A DNA stretch of 64,000 nt from Escherichia coli (GTDB lineage Bacteria > Pseudomonadota > Gammaproteobacteria > Enterobacterales > Enterobacteriaceae): the NCBI RefSeq assembly GCF_044324875.1, contig NZ_CP172188.1; one strand, written 5' to 3'. This document shows positions 17,187-26,375 of the stretch, one piece after another; position 1 is the stretch's first letter; every line of letters begins with the position of its first letter. A model generated the notes under the pieces. That model ran no database searches, was not told where the DNA came from, and worked only from the letters and a program-made list of their open reading frames with translations. A program made the position numbers and the translations under genes.

Positions 17187-18167
17187 GTGGCCCAGGAGTT
17201 ACAACAATATTTTCTACAGTCAGTGCTCATTAACGATAACAAAGTGCCACGAGACTGGATTTTTACCGCAGTATATGTAGAAAAAACCAGCCTCAAAGCC
17301 CCTTTGCTAAAACTGGAAATTCATGACGCTACCGGCACCGTAATTGATGACTGGAAAGCCAAATACGGTGCATCGCTGGTGGCTGAAATGGGCGATCCAA
17401 ACGGTAATGCAGGCACTTTTAAAACAGATTTCTTTGTTACGTCTGCAATGCTGGCTGGTGATGTTGTTACCGTTATTGCTGTCAGTGAAGACGTGCGCAG
17501 GTTTAAGATCCCCTCCCCGCGCACAAATTTACATACCAACAAAACACCAGACGCTATATTCAAGGCATATTCCGGCAAGCTTAAAATTACCAGCAGCGTG
17601 CTAAAACGCGCAGTTACATATCATCTGAATGCCGGTGACAAACCGTCAAAAATGCTTTCGGAGATAGCGCGAGACAAAGGTGCATTATGTTGGGTATGCC
17701 GGGGGGAATTTAACTTTTACACCCTGGATGATCTGATGAAGCAAACGCCATCATTTACCTACGAGGGGAATAACCCTAAAGCAGAATACACTTTGTCCAA
17801 AATGCGCCTACTCCAACAGGAACATGCGACAACAGCAAAGAATCAATATCGTTTTGTTGGGTATTCCATGACCGATGGCTACGTCGAATATGGCGATAGC
17901 TCACTCCCAGTGCGTTATATATCCGACTCTGATATGGAAACTCTTCGCAATATGCAGCTGTCTCTCGTCCCCAAAATGGATATAGAAGTCGCAGGCAATC
18001 CGGATATAAAACCGGGAATGGTAATAGAGATTATCGTATACCGCTATGACCAGGAAAACCGCATTGATGAATCAATGCCCCGCAAGCTGATAGTAAAAAA
18101 TGTTGCGCACTTTGAAGACCGCGTAGGCTACACAACACGAATGATATTAGGAGTGCCGAACAAATGA
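17187..18167 (+). CDS. baseplate / tail-associated protein (unknown)
   Basis: 326 aa; stop overlaps the start of the spike-like gene. Confidence 0.4.
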   Translation: MAQELQQYFLQSVLINDNKVPRDWIFTAVYVEKTSLKAPLLKLEIHDATGTVIDDWKAKYGASLVAEMGDPNGNAGTFKTDFFVTSAMLAGDVVTVIAVSEDVRRFKIPSPRTNLHTNKTPDAIFKAYSGKLKITSSVLKRAVTYHLNAGDKPSKMLSEIARDKGALCWVCRGEFNFYTLDDLMKQTPSFTYEGNNPKAEYTLSKMRLLQQEHATTAKNQYRFVGYSMTDGYVEYGDSSLPVRYISDSDMETLRNMQLSLVPKMDIEVAGNPDIKPGMVIEIIVYRYDQENRIDESMPRKLIVKNVAHFEDRVGYTTRMILGVPNK

Positions 18168-18817
18168 AGCGTAGAGCGCAAATTGTTGGAACTGTGCACC
18201 CGGCAGGGCTTATGCGTGCTCAGGTCCGTGTTTTACCAGACTGGAATGGCGTTCCTGATGACGATCTACCCTGGGCAGAATACCTGTTACCCATAGGTAA
18301 CGCGTTTGTACCTACAGTAAAAGGCGACCTGGTATGGGTAGAGTTTCCTTATCTGGATGTTAATGGTCGAATTGATACCAGACGCCCAATGATAGTTGGC
18401 GCAGCTCAGGATGCGCCTGGCGGAGTACCAAACGTCGCGCCGGAGGCGTCAGGCAATGGTAGCGGCTGGACGCCACCAGAAGTAGACGGAGCGCCTCCCC
18501 GCCCGCAATTTTCGGCGACAAAAGATTTCGTGATTCACCGCAACAATGTGCTCGAAGTGCGAACGGCTGGCGGTGGATATGAAATAGCGAATACGGCAGC
18601 AGGCTCAAGGATTGGAATGAATGAATCAGGGCAGATATACATCATTGGTCCGGCTGATGTAGTAGTGAATGCGGGAGGGAGTGTTAACGTCAAATCAGCC
18701 GATAACATCAGCGTTAATGGCAAAAACATTACTGTGACAGCCGACGAAAATATTGATTTCAAGGCTGGAGGCACCTTCCAGGCTATCGCAAGCAACTTTG
18801 ATTTCAAGAAGGGATAG
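18164..18817 (+). CDS. baseplate central spike protein (gpV-like)
   Basis: N-terminal region VRVLPDWNGVPDDDLPWAEYLLPIG... and a Gly-rich C-terminal repeat-like region (ISVNGKNITVTADENIDFKAGG) resembling gpV-type spikes. Confidence 0.5.
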   Translation: MKRRAQIVGTVHPAGLMRAQVRVLPDWNGVPDDDLPWAEYLLPIGNAFVPTVKGDLVWVEFPYLDVNGRIDTRRPMIVGAAQDAPGGVPNVAPEASGNGSGWTPPEVDGAPPRPQFSATKDFVIHRNNVLEVRTAGGGYEIANTAAGSRIGMNESGQIYIIGPADVVVNAGGSVNVKSADNISVNGKNITVTADENIDFKAGGTFQAIASNFDFKKG

Positions 18818-18826
18818 AAAACACAT

Positions 18827-18870
18827 CCAATTGTGTTAGATAATTGAACAGAATTTTCTAACACAATTGG
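18827..18870. promoter_or_regulatory. perfect 14-bp inverted repeat carrying the dispersed motif in both orientations, upstream of rdgC
   Basis: CCAATTGTGTTAGA (18827-18840) ... TCTAACACAATTGG (18857-18870), 16-bp spacer. Confidence 0.45.
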
Positions 18871-18876
18871 TGAAAC

Positions 18877-19782
18877 ATGAGATCAGTCGCTTTCAAAAAC
18901 ATCTTCATCTATCGTCTTTCACGTGAAGTTAACTGGAGTGCCGCAGAAGTATCCGATGCTCTTAGCAAATTCGTGTTTACTCCTTGCGGTTCTCAGGACA
19001 CAGCTAAAGTCGGTTGGACACCTGTTCTTGGTGACAACCTCACCCATGAATACCAGGGTTTTCTGCTAATACAGCATAAGCGAGAAGAAAAAATTCTCCC
19101 CTCGCAGGTGCTCAAGGAAGAGTTGCAGAAAAAAGTCCTGAAACTCGAAGAAGAGCAAGCCCGCAAGCTGAAGAAAACGGAAAGAGACAGTCTTAAAGAT
19201 GAAGTCCTGCATTCCCTTTTGCCTCGCGCGTTCACGAGAAAATCACTCGCCAAAATCCTGATCGACCGCAGCAACCATCTGGTATTCGTTGAGGCAAGCA
19301 GCGCCAAAAAGGCAGAGGACCAGCTGGCTTTATTGCGAAAATCGCTCGGCAGCCTGCCTGTCATTCCATTCACACCACGCGAACCGCTGGAAATTACAAT
19401 GACCGAGTGGTTTAAAAACGGCTTCCCTGCCGGATTTACAGCAGGTGAAGACGCCACATTAAAGGGTCTGCTCGATAATGGTGGTGCCGTTCGCTGCAAC
19501 AAAGTTGATCTACAGTCCGACGAGATTATGTCTCACATTGAGGCGGGGAAAGTAGCTACGACCGTTGCAATTAACTGGATGGAACGCGCGTCGTTCAGAG
19601 TCAACGATGATATGAGTATCAAAGCCCTGACATTCTGTGATGATCTCTATGACCAGAACGACGATATCGACCGGGAGGATGTAGCACAACGATTTGATGC
19701 TGATTTCGTGCTCTTTACGGGCGAATTATCTGCACTGTTTAACGCGCTGGTGGAGGCCATTGGCGGTGAAGCAGAACGATAA
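18877..19782 (+). CDS. rdgC: recombination-associated protein RdgC homologue
   Basis: 301 aa; near-colinear similarity to E. coli RdgC as I recall it ([35 protein letters not shown]..., [26 protein letters not shown]). Confidence 0.85.
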   Translation: MRSVAFKNIFIYRLSREVNWSAAEVSDALSKFVFTPCGSQDTAKVGWTPVLGDNLTHEYQGFLLIQHKREEKILPSQVLKEELQKKVLKLEEEQARKLKKTERDSLKDEVLHSLLPRAFTRKSLAKILIDRSNHLVFVEASSAKKAEDQLALLRKSLGSLPVIPFTPREPLEITMTEWFKNGFPAGFTAGEDATLKGLLDNGGAVRCNKVDLQSDEIMSHIEAGKVATTVAINWMERASFRVNDDMSIKALTFCDDLYDQNDDIDREDVAQRFDADFVLFTGELSALFNALVEAIGGEAER

Positions 19783-19798
19783 TAACCGACAGCTTGTT

Positions 19799-20446
19799 GT
19801 GAGTCTTTGTGATTTTACGGGGGCAATGGTTGCCCCCTGGCTGGAATACGGTGTCGATGCCGCTATCGTCGATCCACAGCACTTATCGACCAGTGACGAG
19901 CGGATGCAATCAGGTGCCGTTCTGACGCGTATTAGTGCGATCATCGATAGCGATGAAGTATACGCTTTTCTTCGTAAGAATTTGCAGCGCATCGTGTTTC
20001 TGGCCGGGTTCCCACCGTGTACTGACCTGGCTGTTTCCGGCGCGCGCTGGTTTTCTGACAAGGCTAATAAAGATCCGGTTTTCCAGTTCAAAGCAATGCA
20101 GGTTGTCTGGCAGTGTTACGACATTGCAAAGATGATTGGTTGCCCGTACATGATTGAAAACCCGGTCAGCCAAATATCGACATTCTGGCGTAAACCTGAT
20201 CACATCTTCCATCCTTACCACTTCACTGCATATTGCAAGGAAGACAATTACACCAAAAAAACATGCCTCTGGAGCGGGCAAGGCTTTGTCATGCCTGATG
20301 CCCTAATGGACGAATCATTAGGCAAGCCAGATAACAGAATCCATACCGCGCCACCTGGACCTGAAAGGGCTAATTTTCGAAGTGCTACTCCGCATGGATT
20401 CGCAAAGGCAGTTTTCGAAGCGAATAAGGGGGTGCTCTATGAGTAA
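19799..20446 (+). CDS. DNA cytosine-C5 methyltransferase-like protein (short; start uncertain)
   Basis: LCDFTGAM (motif I-like), GFPPC (PC catalytic motif-like), MIENPV (ENV-like); candidate starts GTG 19799 or ATG 19826; the frame is open from 19694. Confidence 0.4.
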   Translation: MSLCDFTGAMVAPWLEYGVDAAIVDPQHLSTSDERMQSGAVLTRISAIIDSDEVYAFLRKNLQRIVFLAGFPPCTDLAVSGARWFSDKANKDPVFQFKAMQVVWQCYDIAKMIGCPYMIENPVSQISTFWRKPDHIFHPYHFTAYCKEDNYTKKTCLWSGQGFVMPDALMDESLGKPDNRIHTAPPGPERANFRSATPHGFAKAVFEANKGVLYE

Positions 20447-21344
20447 ATCTATAGCAAGCATAGCCATAGAAAAACAGGATACGATGGCTGAAATTAGCTA
20501 TATGCGCACCATTCGGACTCAGGATGAATATGAGCGCCCGATCTTCAAATGGGTAGGCGGTAAATTCTCAGAGTTGCCTACAGTGCTTGAGCATCTACCA
20601 CACGGCAAGCGGTTAATAGAACCATTCGTTGGTGGCGGTTCCGTATTTACAAATGCAGGATTTCGCCACAACCTGCTTAATGATATTAACGGTGACCTGA
20701 TTAACTTCTATCAGACATTGCAGCGAGAAGGACATTCGCTCGTCACGCTGTCATATAGTTTTTTCCAAAATTACAACAACGCTGACGCTTACCTCGAAGT
20801 GCGTGAGGCATTTAACAGAGGAAAGTATGACCAGCTACATCATGCTGCCGCCTTTTTGTACCTTAATCGGCACTGTTTTAATGGCGTAACGCGGTACAAC
20901 CAAAATGGCGAGTTCAACGTGGGGTATGGCAAATACAAAGCGCCCTACTTCCCACATGCAGAGATGGAGGCATTTTTGGCTGATGACGTACTCAAAAACA
21001 CGTCCTTTGTATCAGGTGACTTTGCTGGCGTCATCGAGGCGGCTGGTGAAGGCGATGTGATTTTTTGCGATCCGCCGTATGAACCGCTGCCGGATACAGA
21101 AGGGTTTACCAGTTATTCAGGAAATAGCTTCCGTTTCGACGAACAGAAACGGCTGGTATCTCTATTGGTGGAAGCCCACCAGCGCGGCGCTAAGGTAGTG
21201 ATAACAAATAGTGGTGCGCCAAACATCCGTGAACTATATGAAGGAAACGGGTTTAAAGTACATCATATGGCAGCCAGACGGTCGGTTTCCTGCAAGGCGT
21301 CAACACGTGTAGTTGCTAACGATATAATTGCAATAATGAAGTAA
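20439..21344 (+). CDS. dam: DNA adenine methyltransferase (Dam-like, N6-adenine)
   Basis: FKWVGGK, EPFVGGGSVF, DPPY motifs; AAGGGGG Shine-Dalgarno; start overlaps the upstream stop. Confidence 0.8.
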   Translation: MSKSIASIAIEKQDTMAEISYMRTIRTQDEYERPIFKWVGGKFSELPTVLEHLPHGKRLIEPFVGGGSVFTNAGFRHNLLNDINGDLINFYQTLQREGHSLVTLSYSFFQNYNNADAYLEVREAFNRGKYDQLHHAAAFLYLNRHCFNGVTRYNQNGEFNVGYGKYKAPYFPHAEMEAFLADDVLKNTSFVSGDFAGVIEAAGEGDVIFCDPPYEPLPDTEGFTSYSGNSFRFDEQKRLVSLLVEAHQRGAKVVITNSGAPNIRELYEGNGFKVHHMAARRSVSCKASTRVVANDIIAIMK

Positions 21345-21372
21345 AAAACGCCGCAGTAGCGGCGTTTACTTT
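21343..21372. terminator. bidirectional rho-independent terminator (mainly serving glnS on the minus strand)
   Basis: aacgccgc-agta-gcggcgtt with T-runs on the minus-strand side. Confidence 0.55.
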
Positions 21373-21392
21373 TTCATGTGGCGAAATACCTA

Positions 21393-23054
21393 TTAACCTA
21401 ACTTCGCCCAGGTATCACGCAGCCCAACGGTGCGGTTAAATACCGGTTTTTCCGCCGTAGAATGGCGGCTATCGAGGCAGAAGTAACCTTCACGCTCAAA
21501 CTGGAATGCTTTACCCGCAACCGCATCTTTCAGCGACGGTTCAGCAAAGCCCTGTTTGATCACCAGCGATTCCGGGTTAATCACCGACAGGAAATCATCC
21601 GCAGCACCTGGGTTAGGCACGCTGAACAGACGATCGTACAGGCGGATTTCAACCGGCAGCGCATGTGCCGCGCTCACCCAGTGAATAACGCCTTTCACTT
21701 TACGACCATCTGCCGGATCTTTGCTTAAGGTGTCGGCGTCATAAGTACAGAAGATGGTGGTGATATTGCCTTCGGCATCTTTCTCCACGCGTTCAGCCTT
21801 AATGACGTAAGCATTACGCAGACGCACTTCTTTACCCAGCACCAGACGTTTGTACTGCTTGTTAGCTTCTTCGCGGAAATCGGCGCGGTCGATCCAAATC
21901 TCACCGCTAAACGGCACCTGACGGCTACCCATTTCCGGTTTGTTCGGATGGTTCGGCATGGTGACCATTTCGCCTTCGCCCTGGTAGTTTTCGATAACCA
22001 GTTTCACCGGATCGATAACCGCCATTGCGCGCGGCGCATTTTCGTTGAGATCTTCACGGATGCAGGATTCCAGCGACGCCATCTCAATGGTGTTGTCCTG
22101 CTTGGTCACGCCGATGCGTTTGCAGAACTCACGAATAGAAGCCGCAGTGTAACCACGACGACGCAGACCGGAAATGGTCGGCATACGCGGGTCATCCCAG
22201 CCTTCAACGTGTTTGTCGGTCACCAGCAGGTTCAGCTTACGCTTGGACATCACGGTGTATTCCAGATTCAGGCGCGAGAATTCGTACTGGCGCGGGTGAA
22301 CAGGAATGGTGATGTTGTCCAGCACCCAGTCGTACAGGCGACGGTTGTCCTGGAACTCAAGCGTACACAGAGAGTGCGTAATACCTTCCAGCGCATCGCT
22401 GATGCAATGGGTGAAGTCGTACATCGGGTAGATGCACCACTTGTTGCCAGTCTGGTGGTGTTCAGCAAATTTAATGCGGTACAGCACCGGATCGCGCATT
22501 ACGATAAATGGCGACGCCATGTCGATTTTCGCACGCAGGCAGGCTTTACCTTCTTCAAAACCACCGGCACGCATTTTTTCGAACAGCGCCAGGTTCTCTT
22601 CAACGCTGCGATCGCGGTACGGGCTGTTTTTACCCGGCTGCGTCAGGGTGCCGCGGTATTCGCGGATCTGTTCCGGCGTCAGTTCGTCAACATACGCCAG
22701 GCCTTTGTTGATCAGTTCAACAGCATAGGCGTGGAGCTGATCAAAATAATCGGAGGAGTAACGGATGTTGCCAGACCAGTGAAAACCTAACCATTCAACG
22801 TCGTTTTTAATCGACTCGACGTACTCGATATCTTCTTTTACCGGGTTAGTGTCGTCGAAACGCAGGTTGCACTGGCCTTTATAGTCCTGGGCGATCCCGA
22901 AGTTCAGGCAGATAGATTTCGCATGACCAATATGCAGATAGCCATTCGGTTCCGGCGGGAAACGGGTATGTACTGTGGTGTGCTTACCACTGGCCAGATC
23001 TTCATCGATGATCTGACGAATAAAGTTAGTCGGGCGGGCTTCTGCCTCACTCAT
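21393..23054 (-). CDS. glnS: glutamine--tRNA ligase (GlnRS)
   Basis: 553 aa, colinear with E. coli GlnS over the whole length as I recall it (HIGH motif, VMSKR motif); C-terminus ...WAKLG. Confidence 0.95.
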   Translation of the reverse strand: MSEAEARPTNFIRQIIDEDLASGKHTTVHTRFPPEPNGYLHIGHAKSICLNFGIAQDYKGQCNLRFDDTNPVKEDIEYVESIKNDVEWLGFHWSGNIRYSSDYFDQLHAYAVELINKGLAYVDELTPEQIREYRGTLTQPGKNSPYRDRSVEENLALFEKMRAGGFEEGKACLRAKIDMASPFIVMRDPVLYRIKFAEHHQTGNKWCIYPMYDFTHCISDALEGITHSLCTLEFQDNRRLYDWVLDNITIPVHPRQYEFSRLNLEYTVMSKRKLNLLVTDKHVEGWDDPRMPTISGLRRRGYTAASIREFCKRIGVTKQDNTIEMASLESCIREDLNENAPRAMAVIDPVKLVIENYQGEGEMVTMPNHPNKPEMGSRQVPFSGEIWIDRADFREEANKQYKRLVLGKEVRLRNAYVIKAERVEKDAEGNITTIFCTYDADTLSKDPADGRKVKGVIHWVSAAHALPVEIRLYDRLFSVPNPGAADDFLSVINPESLVIKQGFAEPSLKDAVAGKAFQFEREGYFCLDSRHSTAEKPVFNRTVGLRDTWAKLG

Positions 23055-23224
23055 TGTGGATTCCTCAAAGCGTAAACAACGTATAACAGCGTATGATCTT
23101 ATAAGCCGAATAGGCTGACAACCACTAGTTGATTAGAAATTGCTTTCTATCGTTATTTCAATAATGAGCTTTTTCATTAAGCCCACTTTTGCGCATAAGT
23201 AAATTAATGACAAATGGTACACAA

Positions 23225-23289
23225 TTGGAACCAAAAAGGATGTAAAGGTGCACCAAATTAGTGGTGTATTGGTGCACCTTTGGTTCAAG
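23225..23289. promoter_or_regulatory. palindromic partition-site-like element downstream of the parA/parG operon
   Basis: TTGGAACCA ... AAAGGTGCACCAA-12 bp-TTGGTGCACCTTT ... GGTTCAAG; related 9-mers recur upstream of parA (24270-24480). Confidence 0.4.
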
Positions 23290-23322
23290 ACTTTTTAAGT
23301 TCTAAAACCAACCTGAAAGACT

Positions 23323-23610
23323 TTATTTTGCTTCCTCAGACTCCGCTAACATGAGGATAGCATGGCGGATCATATTCAATTTGCTACGATTATGCTTTTT
23401 ACTTAACGCATCAAGTACCTGGTACTCGTATTCATTGAAACCAACACGAATAGATTTAAAATCACGTGGAGCGTCCTTATCGAGCACTTTGTTGTCTTCT
23501 GGTTGCTCACCCGGCACCAAATCAGCCTTACTTGCAAAATCCTCAATTCGGCGTTCAAGATCGGGGTCTTTTACTTCGGGGGCTTTTACCGATTTACGAG
23601 GCTTAATCAC
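23323..23610 (-). CDS. small partition protein (ParG-like, second gene of the ParA operon)
   Basis: 95 aa, directly downstream of and overlapping the Walker-type parA; C-terminus ...LNMIRHAILMLAESEE consistent with a ribbon-helix-helix-type centromere binder. Confidence 0.6.
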   Translation of the reverse strand: MIKPRKSVKAPEVKDPDLERRIEDFASKADLVPGEQPEDNKVLDKDAPRDFKSIRVGFNEYEYQVLDALSKKHNRSKLNMIRHAILMLAESEEAK

Positions 23611-24244
23611 TTAATAACTCCTTAACCAACATCTGGATTTCACCTTTAGCTTTCCCGTTGTCCATCTCAACAACGCCCTTCCCTTCAGCCATGCAATCGC
23701 GGTAAACCTTACGATCACGAATGATGGTTTTCAGCAACTTCAGTTGCGGATATTCAGCCAGGTACTCTTTGGCCTCATTGGTTTCATTCACAACCGGATT
23801 GGATGGGGCCATTGTTAAGACTGCGAACGCCTTAATGCTAGGATTAGGCATCAGGTCCAAAGCCTCTTCAAACACTTCAACAAAGTGTGCCAGCGTGTCT
23901 AAATCTGGTTGAGATGGTCTGAATGGGACCAACACAATATCTGCAGCGGTTATGCCTGTACGCATCTCTTTGCTATCGCGCCCGGCTGTATCAACAACTA
24001 CAAATTCATAACGCTTATCCAGATCGAGAAGTGTTTCTCGAATATTACCAAACTTCTGGACACAATGAATTACAGGAGAAACCTCTGCCGTGTTACGGTC
24101 AGCGGCCCAGCGGGCAGCTGTTCCTTGCTTGTCTGCATCTAGTAACACTACATCCTTATTTTCGCGGGCAAGCTCCGCACAGATGTTTACGCTTGTGGTT
24201 GATTTTCCACAGCCACCTTTTTGGCTGACTACCAATATAATCAT
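23603..24244 (-). CDS. parA: ParA-family partition ATPase (small, type Ib-like)
   Basis: KGGCGKST deviant Walker A; 213 aa. Confidence 0.8.
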   Translation of the reverse strand: MIILVVSQKGGCGKSTTSVNICAELARENKDVVLLDADKQGTAARWAADRNTAEVSPVIHCVQKFGNIRETLLDLDKRYEFVVVDTAGRDSKEMRTGITAADIVLVPFRPSQPDLDTLAHFVEVFEEALDLMPNPSIKAFAVLTMAPSNPVVNETNEAKEYLAEYPQLKLLKTIIRDRKVYRDCMAEGKGVVEMDNGKAKGEIQMLVKELLSD

Positions 24245-24269
24245 ATCCGTTCCTCGGTGTTATTTTGGT

Positions 24270-24480
24270 ATCAAACTGGTTCCAAACAGAAGCCTTATTG
24301 ATGCGGTTTTGGCTCTATAGTGGAGTCATTATGCTTTGCAAAAGTATAACACTAATCATTCTAAATTTGCCCTCTGTTGCATCCTGTTTAACACGAAATC
24401 AGCACTAAATTGGAACCAGATACAAAGCAGCACCATAACAACACCGTTTTGGTACTAAAAGAGCACCAAACTAGAACCAT
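24270..24480. promoter_or_regulatory. parA upstream region with repeated TGGTTCCAA / TTGGAACCA and GCACCAAA motifs
   Basis: Short repeats shared with the element at 23225-23289. Confidence 0.35.
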
Positions 24481-24488
24481 AACGGTAT

Positions 24489-24516
24489 AAAAAAGGCTGC
24501 AAATTGCAGCCTTTGA
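24489..24516 (-). terminator. rho-independent terminator after parR
   Basis: Perfect palindrome GGCTGCAAATTGCAGCC flanked by A6 (plus) / T6 (minus). Confidence 0.55.
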
Positions 24517-24529
24517 AGATGTAGATTGG

Positions 24530-24901
24530 TTAATCAGGGAGTGAGTTTGCCAAATTCTGAGCAGAGCGGCTTTTCGGAACGCCTGGTTTTTTTACATCCT
24601 CTGAGACAGAGGTTTTTCCTTCAGTAGGTTCCCGAACTTCATGCGAAATTTCAAGAAACGAAACCAGCATTTTTCTGATCACTTCAGAGCTATTATCACC
24701 GGATAAAAGCGATGCCAACATGGGAGGTAATCTGCTATCAACCTCGCCAAGAGCGATACCTGCAAGCATCGCAGTGCGCACCATATCATTGCGATCACTT
24801 AATGGATGGGCCTCAATTTTTGCCACAGCATATTGCTCACTGGCGTAAGCGTTAAGATCTGAACGAAGATAAAACATTATTTTTCGACGTTCTTTAGACA
24901 T
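24530..24901 (-). CDS. parR: ParR/StbB-like centromere-binding protein
   Basis: 123 aa directly downstream of parM; similar in size and N-terminal character to plasmid R1 ParR. Confidence 0.6.
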   Translation of the reverse strand: MSKERRKIMFYLRSDLNAYASEQYAVAKIEAHPLSDRNDMVRTAMLAGIALGEVDSRLPPMLASLLSGDNSSEVIRKMLVSFLEISHEVREPTEGKTSVSEDVKKPGVPKSRSAQNLANSLPD

Positions 24902-24911
24902 GGCAACCTCA

Positions 24912-25871
24912 TCAACCGATAGATTTTAGACCATATACAAGAGCAAGTTGTGGATCATCAGCAACGAAAAACCTATCGTCACGAATGTTTACCTGCTCAC
25001 GGATAGCATCAGCAACAAGCGGCGCGCCGCCACCAATTACCATAACATGTGTGTATCCTTTGAAATCACTGATCACATCCAGTACGCGTGTACGGAGTCG
25101 CTCTATGCTTGACGAAATGGCTTTCTTAACATCATCAATAGCAGACGGATCGTTAATATTGTCGGTCAGATAATCCTCATCATCTCGATTAATGATTAAT
25201 TGATCGACGTTATAATTAGAGGTTTCGGTATTAGCTTTTGCAAGTGCCTGTCTGACCTCTTTAGTTACCAGCGAAACGCCGAGATTAGAATCGCCAAATA
25301 CGCGAGAAACGGCGGTCATTTGCCCGGCAACCATCGACACATCCAGAGTAGTCCCGCCAAGATCAACAATAAGCACAGAATGCGCTGGCACAAGGCTGTC
25401 GCACAGACCGATCCCTGCGGGTATTGACTCCGGGCGCACAGTCACTTTTTTGATAGTAAAAACCTGACCTTTGTTAAGGGTGACTGGTCGCATCAGGCTG
25501 GCCTTTTTCCGCTCAATATTTTTCATGTTGTATTGTGCGTCGTCGTCATAAAACTCTGCCAGTGGCAACGTGACTACTATTTCCACTTCTTGAGGCTCAA
25601 TGCCACTTGTAAGCAGGGCATGATGAACAGCAAGCACATTAAGCGGGCTGTATTGCCATTCAACGTTATTCGTTGGCAGAGCATCCGGCGAGATCAAGTC
25701 ATATGAATATTTTTCGTCATCAATGATGTAGTTAAACGTTTTTCCTGCGCCAAATGTGGCGGACCATCCACGTTTAAAACTGTTCGGGCAGATATGGGTT
25801 CGAGTTTCCCCGTCTTGTTCCCACAGCATTTTGATATTGGTAGAACCATCGTCGATAAAAATGCGCATCAT
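24912..25871 (-). CDS. parM: ParM/StbA actin-like plasmid segregation ATPase
   Basis: MMRIFIDDGSTNIKM..., WQY..NV.AVHHALLTSG, ESIPAG, IVDLGGTTLDVS, GYTHVMVIGGGA: colinear with R1 ParM as I recall it; start at MMRIF. Confidence 0.85.
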   Translation of the reverse strand: MMRIFIDDGSTNIKMLWEQDGETRTHICPNSFKRGWSATFGAGKTFNYIIDDEKYSYDLISPDALPTNNVEWQYSPLNVLAVHHALLTSGIEPQEVEIVVTLPLAEFYDDDAQYNMKNIERKKASLMRPVTLNKGQVFTIKKVTVRPESIPAGIGLCDSLVPAHSVLIVDLGGTTLDVSMVAGQMTAVSRVFGDSNLGVSLVTKEVRQALAKANTETSNYNVDQLIINRDDEDYLTDNINDPSAIDDVKKAISSSIERLRTRVLDVISDFKGYTHVMVIGGGAPLVADAIREQVNIRDDRFFVADDPQLALVYGLKSIG

Positions 25872-25964
25872 ATTGCTCCACTTCTGAGACACATTTGAGA
25901 AAGAATTGAATCTTATATGAGAAAACAAAATAAAACCAGAAGTTGAGAGAGCAAAAAGCACCAG

Positions 25965-26032
25965 ATTTGAGACAAACCAGAGACAAACCAGAGACAAACT
26001 AGAGACACACTAGAGACAAGTATGAGAAACAA
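25965..26032. repeat. parC-like centromere iterons upstream of parM
   Basis: Five to six tandem ~11-bp units GAGACAAACCA / GAGACAAACTA / GAGACACACTA / GAGACAAGTAT. Confidence 0.6.
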
Positions 26033-26090
26033 GAAATCTTAAGAGTGAAAATCACAAAGTGGAGAAGATTTAAGAAAAAGGAGGTGTTAG

Positions 26091-26375
26091 ATGAGTGCAA
26101 TAGCGACCTGTGACACAGTTTGTTCCGGTCATGGAGGATTCCCTCCGCGACCTGTAGCAGAAACAGTTTCCTGGTTTACCGTAAATGGAAAGCCAGTTGT
26201 TGTAGATGGTGCCATGTTTCCCAGTCACACTGACGGTAACAGTGCACATCCAGGGGCAGCTGTATCGACGCGAGTATGGTTTTCGATAGGTGGAAAGGGA
26301 GTTGTCTGTGTAGGCGATCCGCTTTCTTGTGGTTCTGTTATCGCCAACGGCGAGGATATTTTTCAGGTTGCATAA
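26091..26375 (+). CDS. PAAR-like spike-tip protein
   Basis: 94 aa; Cys/His/Gly-Pro pattern CDTVCSGHGGFPP...HPGAAVS...GDPLSCGSV typical of PAAR-repeat proteins; strong AAGGAGG Shine-Dalgarno. Confidence 0.55.
   Translation: MSAIATCDTVCSGHGGFPPRPVAETVSWFTVNGKPVVVDGAMFPSHTDGNSAHPGAAVSTRVWFSIGGKGVVCVGDPLSCGSVIANGEDIFQVA

Noticed and set aside
21462-22790. Plus-strand ORFs inside glnS (21462-21728, 21948-22790, 22432-22728 and others)
   Set aside because: They are antisense to a full-length, clearly recognisable glnS; typical shadow ORFs.
21393-23054. glnS as a chromosomal gene marking a prophage integration junction
   Set aside because: Mobile-element genes flank it on both sides (Dam on one side, the partition operon on the other), and no integrase, attachment-site repeat or other chromosomal neighbour is visible.
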